Below, one piece after another: positions 48,540 through 58,056 of a stretch of DNA of 64,000 nt (its first letter is position 1; every line of letters starts with the position of its first letter). A program made the translations under genes and the position numbers. The notes under the pieces are model-generated. The model searched no databases. It was not told where the DNA came from and saw only the letters and a program-made list of their open reading frames with translations. Source of the stretch: Polyangiaceae bacterium (GTDB taxonomy: Bacteria; Myxococcota_A; Polyangia; Polyangiales; Polyangiaceae); contig JBILLK010000011.1 of the NCBI GenBank assembly GCA_044376115.1, forward strand, positions 160,001 through 224,000. Direction: 5' to 3'.

Positions 48540-48637
48540 CGGTCCTGCACCTGATCGCAGGCGGCCAAGCTGGCAGAGCCAATTGCCAGCAAGGCACCCT
48601 GCGCAGACCCTAAGGTCTTTTAGCTACAGGAAAAATT

Positions 48638-48714
48638 TGGTCGGGGAGATGGGATTTGAACCCACGACAACGAGCACCCAAAGCTCGTGCACTACCGGAC
48701 TGTGCGACTCCCCG
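48638..48714 (-). tRNA. tRNA-Pro (TGG)
   Basis: 77-nt cloverleaf: acceptor CGGGGAG/CTCCCCG, anticodon arm CGAGC-TTTGGGT-GCTCG, T-loop GTTCAAATC, encoded CCA. Confidence 0.97.
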
Positions 48715-48890
48715 GTGCGTAAAGCGGAGCGGACCTTACCACCGTCCGGGCCGCTGTGCGAGTCCTACTAACGCGCTTCGGTGCAATGGGACGGCAAGCT
48801 TCGCTCGGTGCTGACAGCGAACTCGAAATGACGCGAGGGATTCTGTCTGGGACCGGCCGCCTCGAGCTGAATTGGTGGCATGCTCGGGCC

Positions 48891-49952
48891 ATGCAGCTGA
48901 CGGCGATCGCAGCGGAACTGGCGGACGAGAACCGCAGGCAGTGGGCTTGGAATCGCGTGCGGCCGTTGCACGCGACGCACGCGCGGGATGCTCGGGGAAT
49001 CGAGGAGCTCGTGCCGTGTGGTTGCCTAGCCGAGCTCGTCGCAAGCTACCGAACAGGGGCCGAGTCATTCCCGATGCAGCCACTCGGCGACGATGAGGGA
49101 CCGAGCGTTCCCACGTTTTCGGAGCCAGTCACCGATGCGCACGTTCACGTCTTTCCCGACCCGGTTTTTGCGGCGTTGTGGCGCTGGTTTGAGGCCTACG
49201 GCTGGCCGATTCGCTACCAACTGCGCACTCCCGAGTTGCTTGCCTTTCTGTTTTCACGAGGCGTCGAGCGCGCGGTCGCGCTGCACTACGCGCACAAGCC
49301 GTCCATGTCGCGCGGCCTCAACGAGTACATGGCCGCAGTGGTCGCGCGTGACCCGCGCGTGATTGGCCTTGGCACCGTGCTACCCGGTGAGCCCAACGCC
49401 GCCGAGATTGTCACGGGGATGCGGCAGCGGGGCTTGCGCGGCGTTAAGCTTCACTGTCACGTGCAAGCGTTTGCGCCCGATTCTGCAGCGGCGTTCGAGG
49501 TGTTTGCCGCTTGCGAGAGTGCCCAGCTGCCAGTGGTGCTGCATGCGGGACGCGCGCCTCGAAGTCCGGCCTATCCAGTCGATTCACACAGTCTATGCGC
49601 CGCCTGGAGGGTGGAGCGCGTGCTCACCGCCTTCCCAAAGCTCAAGCTTTGTGTTCCACACTTCGGCGCGGACGAGGCTCTCGCTTACGTCGAACTGCTC
49701 GAGCGTCACGACCACCTCTACCTCGACTCGACGATGATGCTCTCGGGCTTCTTCGGAGGCGAATACCTGCAGGTGCTCAACCGAGCTCGGCCGGAGCGCG
49801 TGATGTACGGCAGTGATTTTCCAAACCTGCCGTACGCCTGGGATCGTGAACTCCGTGCCATCGCGGCGGCAGAGCTGAGTGCGGAGCGGAAGGCGCAACT
49901 CACGACGAAGGTTGCTAACGAATTTTTCGGGCTCGAAGGTTTGCCCGGCTAG
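48891..49952 (+). CDS. Amidohydrolase_2 family protein
   Basis: DAHVH, GVKLH, LHAG, PHFG and YGSDFP. Start uncertain (ORF open from 48756). Confidence 0.85.
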   Translation: MQLTAIAAELADENRRQWAWNRVRPLHATHARDARGIEELVPCGCLAELVASYRTGAESFPMQPLGDDEGPSVPTFSEPVTDAHVHVFPDPVFAALWRWFEAYGWPIRYQLRTPELLAFLFSRGVERAVALHYAHKPSMSRGLNEYMAAVVARDPRVIGLGTVLPGEPNAAEIVTGMRQRGLRGVKLHCHVQAFAPDSAAAFEVFAACESAQLPVVLHAGRAPRSPAYPVDSHSLCAAWRVERVLTAFPKLKLCVPHFGADEALAYVELLERHDHLYLDSTMMLSGFFGGEYLQVLNRARPERVMYGSDFPNLPYAWDRELRAIAAAELSAERKAQLTTKVANEFFGLEGLPG

Positions 49953-49958
49953 CGGATG

Positions 49959-50420
49959 CTAGGGCGTGCGCAAGGCAGCGCCTTCATCTTCGTGGATGGG
50001 GCGCTCGCGCGAGGGAGACCTATCTCGGCGAGAGTAGGGGCGCTCGTGCGGGCTGCCGTCGAGATCATCGAGCGCCTTGTAGAGCTCATTGACGATGCGT
50101 GGCTTGAGCCAGCCGTCGCTCCCTTGCTCGTACTCGGATGCACCCTCGGTCAACAGCTGCTTCGCGTCCTTGCGATTGCCAAGCTGGTATTGCGTGAGTC
50201 CGCAGTAAACGAGGTAGCGCACGTGCGCCTTGTCGCTCAGCTCCTCGTGAACTTGATCGAGCTCGCCACAGTGACGCTCCGCCGCGTTGTAGTGACCAAC
50301 CTCGTAGCGAGTGATCCCTCCGCGAAGCTCACGCCCCGCAACACCGCAACCCATCGCCACACAGCAGGTCACTGCGAGCACGAGACCGTTGATTCCAGCG
50401 CGCAACATCGAGGGCTTCAC
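49959..50420 (-). CDS. Hypothetical lipoprotein with TPR-like helices
   Basis: Signal ending AMG-C and the helical pattern YCGLTQYQLG...AKQLL. Confidence 0.6.
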   Translation of the reverse strand: MKPSMLRAGINGLVLAVTCCVAMGCGVAGRELRGGITRYEVGHYNAAERHCGELDQVHEELSDKAHVRYLVYCGLTQYQLGNRKDAKQLLTEGASEYEQGSDGWLKPRIVNELYKALDDLDGSPHERPYSRRDRSPSRERPIHEDEGAALRTP

Positions 50421-50538
50421 TTAACTCCTATTTTCGGAGGCTCAGCGCGTTTGCGCAAGGCTGCTTTCGATTGTCCTCACACGAAACCAACGTCACGTTG
50501 CGCGCACACTGGAGACTGGATCGACGCGGAGGCCGAGT

Positions 50539-51759
50539 TTGACTACACGCACTCCTGTGTCGCGACCTGATGCAGCCACGCCTCCTCCGTTCTCCTTCGT
50601 GCGGGAAGAGCTGCGCCGAGTTTGGAGCGACGTGCGAGGTGGAAACCTCTCCCCGGCCCGTATCGCAGCCTCTGTAGTGCTAGGCACCTTCATCGGTTGT
50701 CTTCCCATCTTTGGGCTGCATTTGCCGGTCGTATTGCTGCTTTGTCTGCGTCTCAGGCTGGACGGAGCGCTCGCCTATCTCGCTGCCAACATCTCCAATC
50801 CGTTCATGGCACCGCTGCTGATCACCGGGCAGGTTCAGCTCGGCGCGTACTTGATCGAAGGGCGTGTTCCCGCTGTGTCGGAGCTGGGCACCGTGGATGC
50901 TCTCACCCGCTTTCCCCTCTATTTAATCGTTGGAGCTCCCATCGTCGGGCTGGGTTTGGGTTTGGGCTTGGGTCTCGTTGCGTACGTTCTTACGCGCCTG
51001 AAGCGGTCGGTGTTGGGGGAGACCAAGCGTGAACCATACAAGCTGCCGGCCAACGCTCCTCCGTGGGTTGCCGCCGTCGAGCGGGTTGCGGCGCGCTATT
51101 CGGGCGATGAGTCGGCGAGCGCCAAAGCCCAATTCAACTACGTCCGCATCAAGCTGCTCACCGATCCGATCGCCAAGCTGATCGCCGATATCGCAGGGGA
51201 TGCGCAAGGTGCGCTCGGGCGCGTGTTTGACGTGGGCACTGGGCGCGGGCAGCTACCGATCCTGCTACTCGAACTCGAGCGGGCAACCGCGGCGGCCGGG
51301 TGCGATTGGGACCGGGCAAAGATTCAGCGCGGAGTCGCTGCTGCTGCGCTGGCGCCAGCGCTCGAGGTTTCACTCTCTGCCGGGGATGCGCGCACGACGC
51401 CGATCGAGGCGTCTGACACGGTGCTGCTCGTCGACTTACTTCACTACTTCACGGTTGAGGAGCAAGACGCACTGTTGCGACGTGCTGCTCAGGCGGTATT
51501 GCCGGGGGGGCGGCTGATTGTGCGTGAGGCCGACACCGAGCGTGGTTGGCGTAGCCGGGTGACGCTGCTCGAAGAGCGGATCTTTACGTTCTTGCGCTTC
51601 AATCGCGGAGAACGGGTGAAGTTTCGCGCAGCGCGCGAACTCAGCGCCCTACTCGAGTCCGAGGGGCTCAGCGTGGAGGTGCGCCCGGCCTGGGGGAAGA
51701 CGCCCTTCTCCAACGTGTTGATCCTTGGGCAGCGGGCGTGCAGCGAGTCTGTCGTCTAG
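50539..51759 (+). CDS. DUF2062 membrane domain fused to a class I SAM-dependent methyltransferase
   Basis: SP.RIAASV.LG.FIG.LP.FG.H and ISNP, then DVGTGRG, DLLHY and L.PGGRL. Confidence 0.85.
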   Translation: MTTRTPVSRPDAATPPPFSFVREELRRVWSDVRGGNLSPARIAASVVLGTFIGCLPIFGLHLPVVLLLCLRLRLDGALAYLAANISNPFMAPLLITGQVQLGAYLIEGRVPAVSELGTVDALTRFPLYLIVGAPIVGLGLGLGLGLVAYVLTRLKRSVLGETKREPYKLPANAPPWVAAVERVAARYSGDESASAKAQFNYVRIKLLTDPIAKLIADIAGDAQGALGRVFDVGTGRGQLPILLLELERATAAAGCDWDRAKIQRGVAAAALAPALEVSLSAGDARTTPIEASDTVLLVDLLHYFTVEEQDALLRRAAQAVLPGGRLIVREADTERGWRSRVTLLEERIFTFLRFNRGERVKFRAARELSALLESEGLSVEVRPAWGKTPFSNVLILGQRACSESVV

Positions 51760-51850
51760 TCGAGCGACGGCCGCGACCTTCGTTGCGAGCGAGCGAAACC
51801 TCAAACCTGCTCCAAGCACTTGACCGCATACTGCATGTGTAGCTAGATAC

Positions 51851-51863
51851 CTTGCAGTGCAAG
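51851..51863. promoter_or_regulatory. Palindrome over the padR start, candidate autoregulatory operator
   Basis: CTTGCA-G-TGCAAG perfect inverted repeat. TTGACC (-35-like) at 51820-51825. Confidence 0.5.
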
Positions 51864-52204
51864 ATGACGTGCCTAGTGAGGTTGCCGCCTGGAGATCCCA
51901 GCTCCGTAAGGGGACGCTCGAGCTCGCGGTGCTCGTGTCGCTCCGCAAGCGTCGGCGCTACGGGCTCGAGCTGGTTGACGTGCTCAACAAGGCGCAGCTC
52001 GGTATCAGTGAAGGCAGCATCTACCCGCTGCTCTCACGCTTGCGCAGTGAAGGAAAGGTCGTGACCGAATGGGTGGATGAGGGCGTTGGGCACGCGCACA
52101 AGTACTACACCCTCACAAGCCACGGGCGCGCCACGCTCAAGGCGATGTTGGCTGCGTGGCGAGAATTCAACGCCGCTTTTGAGTCGTTGATTGAAGGGAA
52201 CTAG
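51857..52204 (+). CDS. PadR family transcriptional regulator
   Basis: QLRKGTLEL, YG.EL, EGSIYPLLSRL and KYYTLT..G. Confidence 0.92.
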   Translation: MQDDVPSEVAAWRSQLRKGTLELAVLVSLRKRRRYGLELVDVLNKAQLGISEGSIYPLLSRLRSEGKVVTEWVDEGVGHAHKYYTLTSHGRATLKAMLAAWREFNAAFESLIEGN

Positions 52205-52209
52205 GTCTC

Positions 52210-52770
52210 ATGGCGCTACCGGAACAAGCGGAACAATTTCTCAAAGAGCTGCGTCGAGGGCTGGGCTCGATGGCAGCGGATGAACGCGAAGACGTCGTTG
52301 AAGAGTTGCGCTCGCACCTGCTGGAGCGGCAAGCGCAGGGCAAGAAGGAGCTGCTTGCAGGCTTTGAGTCGGCGCAGGATTTGGCGGCGAGCTTTGTCGC
52401 GGAACGCGCCTTGCGCGGGGCCTTGGCCGTGGGCACCCCATGGGCCTTGGGTCGCGCGCTCTTGATCGCTGCCCGCGACAGCCTGCTCGCCCTTTTGGTG
52501 GCCTTCCCGCTGCTGCTTGCGCAGCTGGTCGCATTTTTCTGCGTGCTCACGGCTGCGCTGAAGGCCTTCTCACCGTCCGAGTTCGGTCTCTGGATCGGAA
52601 ATGGTTCCTTCTACGTCGGGCGACGCTCCGAGCTTGCTCACGAGGTCCTCGGGAGCTGGGGCATCCCGGTCCTTCTGCTCGCTGGGCTGCTAATTTTCTG
52701 GGGCTCCACGCGCGCGTTGCGAGCGCTCGTAACGTGGCGCCTTGGCTCCTATCGGTCGCTGCGAAGCTGA
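52210..52770 (+). CDS. HAAS/DUF1700-like membrane protein
   Basis: FLKELRRGL...EREDVVEELRSHL...G....LA followed by TM helices. Directly after padR. Confidence 0.75.
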   Translation: MALPEQAEQFLKELRRGLGSMAADEREDVVEELRSHLLERQAQGKKELLAGFESAQDLAASFVAERALRGALAVGTPWALGRALLIAARDSLLALLVAFPLLLAQLVAFFCVLTAALKAFSPSEFGLWIGNGSFYVGRRSELAHEVLGSWGIPVLLLAGLLIFWGSTRALRALVTWRLGSYRSLRS

Positions 52771-52792
52771 CCTCTTTTTTTGAGTAAAGACC

Positions 52793-53710
52793 ATGCATAA
52801 CAAGACAACGTGTTACGACAATGTTCCGGCTCGTGAGCTGGTTCGGTTCCTGCTCCTCGCGGTTCTCGTGGGGACGCTGACCCAACGAATCGCTGTTTAC
52901 CAAGGCCTTTCGGGCGGTGGTCGATCATGGCTCCTCTTGACCATGTGGGTACCCACGCTCGCTGCGCTCTTGGCAGGGCCGCGCGCGCGGCGAACGATCT
53001 GGGCAGCCGTGAAGCGCCCTGGCTTTCGCTATTTGGGCCCAGCTCTCGTGATCGGATTCGCGCCGCGCCTTCTGCAGACGTTGGTGCTGCTGCTAACGGG
53101 CTGGGGCAGCTGGGACTCGACGCACTTCGAGCTCACGCCGGACGGTCAATCGATCCTGGCCGTTCACAAAGTCGCGATGGTGCTTGGGACGGGGCCGCAG
53201 AGTGTGCCGCATTTTGCGCTCAACCTCTTGGTGTCGATCACGCTGGCAGCGGTCGTAACCGCTGTGGTGGGGGGAGTTGGCGAGGAGATCGGTTGGCGGG
53301 GATTTCTGCAGCCGGCGCTCGAGACCCGCGTGGGGCCAACGAAGGCGACACTGCTCGTGGGCGCGATCTGGGCCTACTGGCACTTGGGCGCCAACCTGAG
53401 CGGCTACAACGACCCGCAGCACCCGCTGCTCAACGCGCTGGTGCTCTTTCCCGTTGCGGTGGTGATGATGAGCTTCGGCTTTGCTTGGCTCGCTCGCAAG
53501 GGCCTCAGCGTTTGGCCGGTTGCGCTCGCCCACGGTGCCAACAACGTACTCGGAAGCGCCTTTCTGCTCACCACCGACAATTGGTGGATCAACGCCTCGC
53601 TGGAGGTTGGCTCGATGGCGTTATTGGCCGGTTTCTTCGTGTGGCATTCGAGGGGGGCGCGAAGCAGCGACGAGGCGAACTCGCTCGTCGCAGTTCAGTC
53701 CTCCGGCTGA
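52793..53710 (+). CDS. CPBP (Abi/CAAX type II) intramembrane glutamic endopeptidase
   Basis: GEEIGWRG, W.YWH and HG.NN motifs. Confidence 0.9.
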   Translation: MHNKTTCYDNVPARELVRFLLLAVLVGTLTQRIAVYQGLSGGGRSWLLLTMWVPTLAALLAGPRARRTIWAAVKRPGFRYLGPALVIGFAPRLLQTLVLLLTGWGSWDSTHFELTPDGQSILAVHKVAMVLGTGPQSVPHFALNLLVSITLAAVVTAVVGGVGEEIGWRGFLQPALETRVGPTKATLLVGAIWAYWHLGANLSGYNDPQHPLLNALVLFPVAVVMMSFGFAWLARKGLSVWPVALAHGANNVLGSAFLLTTDNWWINASLEVGSMALLAGFFVWHSRGARSSDEANSLVAVQSSG

Positions 53711-53750
53711 AGGCCTCGCGGCCACCCTCGGGTCGAATCTCAACCTTGGA

Positions 53751-54470
53751 TCAGCCTTGCTCAGCGGCGATCCGGCGCGCCTTCTCGACGTCCTCGCGAA
53801 AGTCGATCTCGGTCCACTGGAACTCACTGACCGGCTCGAATCCCCACGGCTCTTCGGCGAAGCAAAGGTTCATCGCCGCCTCGTACTCTTGGTCGAGGCG
53901 CCCTGCAGCGACTTCGCCATCGAGGATGCGCTTCATCGTCAAGGCACCTTGGCGGCCCACCTTGGCGAAGCCGACGGCCTCGCCAACCTGATCCCACGGA
54001 GCCTCGGGTGACACACGCCGTGCGACGCGGAGCACGCGTCCGCCGCGCACCCCGAGCATCATCTCCTCGCCGGTCTCCTCGGAGCTGTCGTCGAGCAAAA
54101 CGCAGTTGGCGTGCTTGGAGTCCACCAGGCGCTTCATCAGCGCTGCGGGGTAAAGTACGTCCGCATCCATCCAGATCCCGCCAGCGACGGTGAGCTGTTC
54201 GATCGCGACGGCGAGCGAGACGATGCTTCCGCGTACGAAGTCCTTGTTTTCGACGAACTCGATCGGGAGCGGCCAGCTGCGAGCCGCGATGAACCCGCGG
54301 ATTTGTTGCTGTTCATAGCCGACGACGATGGTCAGCGCGCTAATGCCGGCCTGCGCCAGGTTCTCGATGTGGCGCTCGAGCAGGGTCTTCCCCGCGATGT
54401 CGAGCAGGCACTTCGGCGCGTCACTCTCGAGACGCCGGCCTCGGCCGGCTGCTAGCAAGATGGCTCTCAT
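53751..54470 (-). CDS. Phosphocholine-cytidylyltransferase-like NTP transferase
   Basis: AILLAAGRGRRL, PKCLL, DADV, GEAVG and WTEIDF.ED. Confidence 0.85.
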   Translation of the reverse strand: MRAILLAAGRGRRLESDAPKCLLDIAGKTLLERHIENLAQAGISALTIVVGYEQQQIRGFIAARSWPLPIEFVENKDFVRGSIVSLAVAIEQLTVAGGIWMDADVLYPAALMKRLVDSKHANCVLLDDSSEETGEEMMLGVRGGRVLRVARRVSPEAPWDQVGEAVGFAKVGRQGALTMKRILDGEVAAGRLDQEYEAAMNLCFAEEPWGFEPVSEFQWTEIDFREDVEKARRIAAEQG

Positions 54471-54573
54471 GAGCCGCGCTTAATGCCGCGCGGTCCCGTC
54501 TGCAAGGGAGGTAAGGGTCGCGGTCCGCGCGGTGCCGCGACGGCCGCTGCCGTCGCGGGCCCAGTGCCCCTCC

Positions 54574-54888
54574 TCAGCCGGGTTGATCGTCTTCGACGAT
54601 GCCGATGCAGCCAAACACAGCGAGCGCTTCAGCGAAGCACGCGGCTTCAATCTCGTCTTGGCTGCACACGTTGTCGACGCCGTCGACGCAGGAGAGGTAG
54701 TCGTCGTACTCCGATGTGCAGCCTGCCTTCTCCGCATCGGTCGTGCCCTGATCGAGCGCCGCCACGCACTCGGCCTGGGTAGTGTCCGCATCTGCGCACT
54801 CAGCCAAACGCGAACAGAGGTCCTCGGTGGAGACCGAGCCGCAAGCCGAAAGAATAAGCATTAGGGAAAGGAAACAAAGCTTCTTCAT
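54574..54888 (-). CDS. Small Cys-rich acidic lipoprotein
   Basis: MKKLCFLSLMLILSA-C with 8 further Cys. Confidence 0.75.
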   Translation of the reverse strand: MKKLCFLSLMLILSACGSVSTEDLCSRLAECADADTTQAECVAALDQGTTDAEKAGCTSEYDDYLSCVDGVDNVCSQDEIEAACFAEALAVFGCIGIVEDDQPG

Positions 54889-54975
54889 GATCTCGCCTGT
54901 ACGCTGAAAAGGTAAGGGTCTTCCCGCGTCCAGGAGTAGCCCTGGACGAGGAATCGTTTCCTCGGCTCGATGAAC

Positions 54976-56406
54976 TCAGCCGAGCACGTTGAGGGACTTG
55001 CGGCCGTCGCTCCTGCGCTCGCTGAATACAGAAAGCGGGTTGGCGATACCGGGGTTGCCGACCGAGGTCGGGACAACCAAGCCAGCGGAAGCCGCGTGGC
55101 GCGGTGCACCGGAGCCTGCGAAGGCGGATGCCACGTCCACCCCGCTGCGGAAGCGCTGCATCCCGCCGGCGATCTTGTGATGCGCGAGCCGGTTCTGCAT
55201 GAAGTTGAGCGGCCAATATCCGATTGTTTGCAACCAGCTGGAGCCCGGGGTTTCAGCGCCGCGCGCTCGGACGGTGTAGGGCTGCCACATGCTCGAATAG
55301 GAGTAGAACTTGGTCCACGCACGCACCCAGCCTTCACGCAGCGTCTCGCGTGACATGCGCTTCGGCAGGAAGTACGGCGAGCCAGCGTCGTGGTCTGTGC
55401 CCAGCCACCAATACGGATCGGTGAGGCGGCCCTCAGCGAGCAAACGCTTGTAAAGCGCTGTTCCGGGGTAGGGCGTGAGGATGGCGTAGAGCGCCATGGT
55501 GAGCTTCATCTCGATGCCGAACTCCACCGTGCGATCGAATACTTCGGGAGAGTCGGTGTCGAAGCCGAACACGAAGCTGCCCCACGTTGCAATGCCGTGC
55601 TCGTGCAGCATCTCCATCGTCTCTTTGTATTGCGATGGCTTGTTTTGCCGCTTCCCGGTGAACTTCACCGTCTCTTCATCCACGCTCTCAAAGCCGATGA
55701 AGAGCGCCTTGCAACCACTCTCAGCCATCAACTTCACATTCTCGAGACGCTTCACGGCAGCGAGCGAGCACTGGCCAACCCAATGCTTGTTGAGCTCGCC
55801 CATCTTGGAGAAGAGCTCCTTCGAGTATTGGCGGTGCACCATCACGTTGTCATCGGCGAAGAGGATCAGCTTGCCCAAGGTCTTGAGCTCAGCAATCACT
55901 TCGTCCGCTGGGCGGAAGCGGAACGTGGGCCCATTGGCCGTTGAAACACTGCAGAACTCACAAGGGTAGGGGCAGCCCCGCATGGTCTGGACGACCTGGA
56001 AGGGCACATACTTCTTCGACCGGAACAGGTCTCGTCGCGGGAAGGGCCGCCCAGCGAGATTCGGAAACTCGGGCCTGTACGCTGCCTTCATCCCACCTTG
56101 TTTGAAGTCCCGCAAAAGCTCGGGCCAGGCGTCTTCTGCCTCGCCGACGACAATCGCGTCGCAGTGGCGGAGCGCTTCCTCCGGGCAAGCGGTGGGGTGG
56201 ATGCCGCCCATCACGACCTTGATGCCACGCGCCCGATAGCGCTCGGCGATGTCGTAGGAACGACGCGCGGTTTTGCTATCCACGCTGATCCCAACCAAGT
56301 CGACGTCTTTGACGTCCTTGTCCAGGTCGAACACTTTCACGAGATCGTCGGTGTAGATGATCTCGTCTTCCGGAGGCGTCAGCGAGGCGAGCACGCCGAG
56401 CCCCAT
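54976..56406 (-). CDS. B12-binding domain radical SAM protein; the probable ancestral start (56460) is interrupted by an in-frame TAG
   Basis: GGIHPT, VGEAE, RGCPYPCEFC, FADDN, IGFES and LTPYPGT. Upstream in frame it reads MQIELIAPAS*DSAYLPR. Confidence 0.88.
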   Translation of the reverse strand: MGLGVLASLTPPEDEIIYTDDLVKVFDLDKDVKDVDLVGISVDSKTARRSYDIAERYRARGIKVVMGGIHPTACPEEALRHCDAIVVGEAEDAWPELLRDFKQGGMKAAYRPEFPNLAGRPFPRRDLFRSKKYVPFQVVQTMRGCPYPCEFCSVSTANGPTFRFRPADEVIAELKTLGKLILFADDNVMVHRQYSKELFSKMGELNKHWVGQCSLAAVKRLENVKLMAESGCKALFIGFESVDEETVKFTGKRQNKPSQYKETMEMLHEHGIATWGSFVFGFDTDSPEVFDRTVEFGIEMKLTMALYAILTPYPGTALYKRLLAEGRLTDPYWWLGTDHDAGSPYFLPKRMSRETLREGWVRAWTKFYSYSSMWQPYTVRARGAETPGSSWLQTIGYWPLNFMQNRLAHHKIAGGMQRFRSGVDVASAFAGSGAPRHAASAGLVVPTSVGNPGIANPLSVFSERRSDGRKSLNVLG

Positions 56407-56519
56407 TCGCGGTAGATAAGCTGAATCCTAGCTGGCCGGGGCGATGAGCTCGATCTGCATGAGCCTCGACCTTACCAAAAGCCTAAGGGACCTGCTACGC
56501 GGCGCAGCTTTCCGCCGGC

Positions 56520-57344
56520 CTAGCCTGCGTGCGCTGGCTTTAGCTTGTCGCTGAAGAAGGCGAGAATTTCGTCGACTGCGGCGCGGGTGGGCTCACCCGC
56601 CTTGTCGATCAGGTGAGCCGTCACGACGGAATGTGGGTTGGCCATCACGGCAGCAGGATTTGCGGCAGAGTCCGGTAGCGTGCGAAGCGTGATGCGGTCC
56701 CCCAGCGCACGCTGGTAGTCGTCGAAGCGCTCTTTGCGGCAGAACGCATCTCCCTCGAAGCGGTAGCCGAGCGCTTTGAGGTCTTCCTTCTCCATCCGCT
56801 GTTTGATCGCTGCAAGGTCCTCGGGGCTCGAGTGCACGCCCCCGCTGCGACCGATCGGAAGTGACGGTTGGCACAAGACAGGAGCGATCACGCTCGGCTC
56901 GAGCATCATCGAGAGCGCGAAATTGCCGGTGAAGCACATGCCGATCGCCCCAACTCCGTTGCCTCCGCAGCGCGGGTGAACGTCCGCGGCGAGAGCTCGC
57001 AGCCAGAGGGTGAGCGGCGCTGTGACATTGGTTCGTAAGGCGTGAAACTCCTTGGAGACACAGCCTTTGACCATCTGCGGTAGCGCGTAGAGCGTGGTGG
57101 GAGCTCGCCCCGGGTCCCCAAAAAGGTTGGGCATGTAGACGGTGAAGCCGGCGTCGCGCACGAACCGTGCGAAGCGCGCGACCTCGGGCGAGATGCAGGG
57201 CATCTCGGTCATCACGATCACAGCCGGCCCCGCCCCCGCGATGAACACCAGCTTGGTCTCACCGAGAAACGTGAGGTCCTTGCGCTCAAAGTCGGTGAGC
57301 GGGTCCCGCTCTTTGCGCCACGCTTCCATCTCGGGGCGCGGCAT
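56520..57344 (-). CDS. Dienelactone hydrolase family protein
   Basis: GAIGMCFTG nucleophile elbow, D..C and HSV. TGATG coupling to dedA. Confidence 0.85.
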   Translation of the reverse strand: MPRPEMEAWRKERDPLTDFERKDLTFLGETKLVFIAGAGPAVIVMTEMPCISPEVARFARFVRDAGFTVYMPNLFGDPGRAPTTLYALPQMVKGCVSKEFHALRTNVTAPLTLWLRALAADVHPRCGGNGVGAIGMCFTGNFALSMMLEPSVIAPVLCQPSLPIGRSGGVHSSPEDLAAIKQRMEKEDLKALGYRFEGDAFCRKERFDDYQRALGDRITLRTLPDSAANPAAVMANPHSVVTAHLIDKAGEPTRAAVDEILAFFSDKLKPAHAG

Positions 57345-58030
57345 CAGCTCTCCCCGCTGGCCGTACCAGCCTTGGCCGCCTCGGCTTTGGCCTCCGCGCG
57401 CGCCTTCCACCATTCGAACACCATCGGCATCACGCTCAATCCGATGATGCCAAGCACGACCAGCTCGAAGTTCTTCTTCACGATCTCCATCTGACCGAAG
57501 ACCATGCCGGCACCCATCATCGACACCACCCAGGCGATGGCGCCGACAATGTTGAAGAGGATGAAGCGGCTGTAGTTCATGGCGCCGGCGCCAGCGACGA
57601 ACGGCGCGAAGGTGCGGACGATTGGCACGAAGCGAGCCAGGATGATGGTCTTGCCACCGTACTTCTCGAAGAACTTGTGGGTCTTCTCCAAGTGCTTCTT
57701 GTTCAGCCAGCGCGACGTTTCACTCTTCATCACGCGCGGGCCAATCGCTTGCCCAACGTGATAGTTGAGCGTGTCCCCGGCGATGGCGCAGACGATGAGC
57801 AACGGGCCGAGCGCCCACGGGTTGAGCCCCGCCCCGGGGCGCATCGAAATGGCGCCGCACGCGAAGAGCAGCGAATCTCCTGGGAGAAACGGCAGCACGA
57901 CCAAGCCTGTTTCACAGAAAATGATGGCCCCGAGGATTGCGTACGTGGTGGTGCCGTAGTCCCTGGTGACCTGGTCCAGCGTCTTATCCAGGTGACGCAC
58001 CATGTCGATTAGTTCGCCGAAAGTCGCCAT
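57344..58030 (-). CDS. dedA: DedA family membrane protein
   Basis: ETGLVV.PFLPGDSLLF, GD..NY and ARFVPIVRTFAPFVAG. Confidence 0.93.
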   Translation of the reverse strand: MATFGELIDMVRHLDKTLDQVTRDYGTTTYAILGAIIFCETGLVVLPFLPGDSLLFACGAISMRPGAGLNPWALGPLLIVCAIAGDTLNYHVGQAIGPRVMKSETSRWLNKKHLEKTHKFFEKYGGKTIILARFVPIVRTFAPFVAGAGAMNYSRFILFNIVGAIAWVVSMMGAGMVFGQMEIVKKNFELVVLGIIGLSVMPMVFEWWKARAEAKAEAAKAGTASGES

Positions 58031-58056
58031 CGCGCTTGCCTTAATCGAGCCTTCGC

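Noticed and set aside
52927..53991. 354-aa alternate-frame ORF overlapping the CPBP gene
   Set aside because: Arg/Ala-rich frameshift-like composition, and it overlaps two supported genes.
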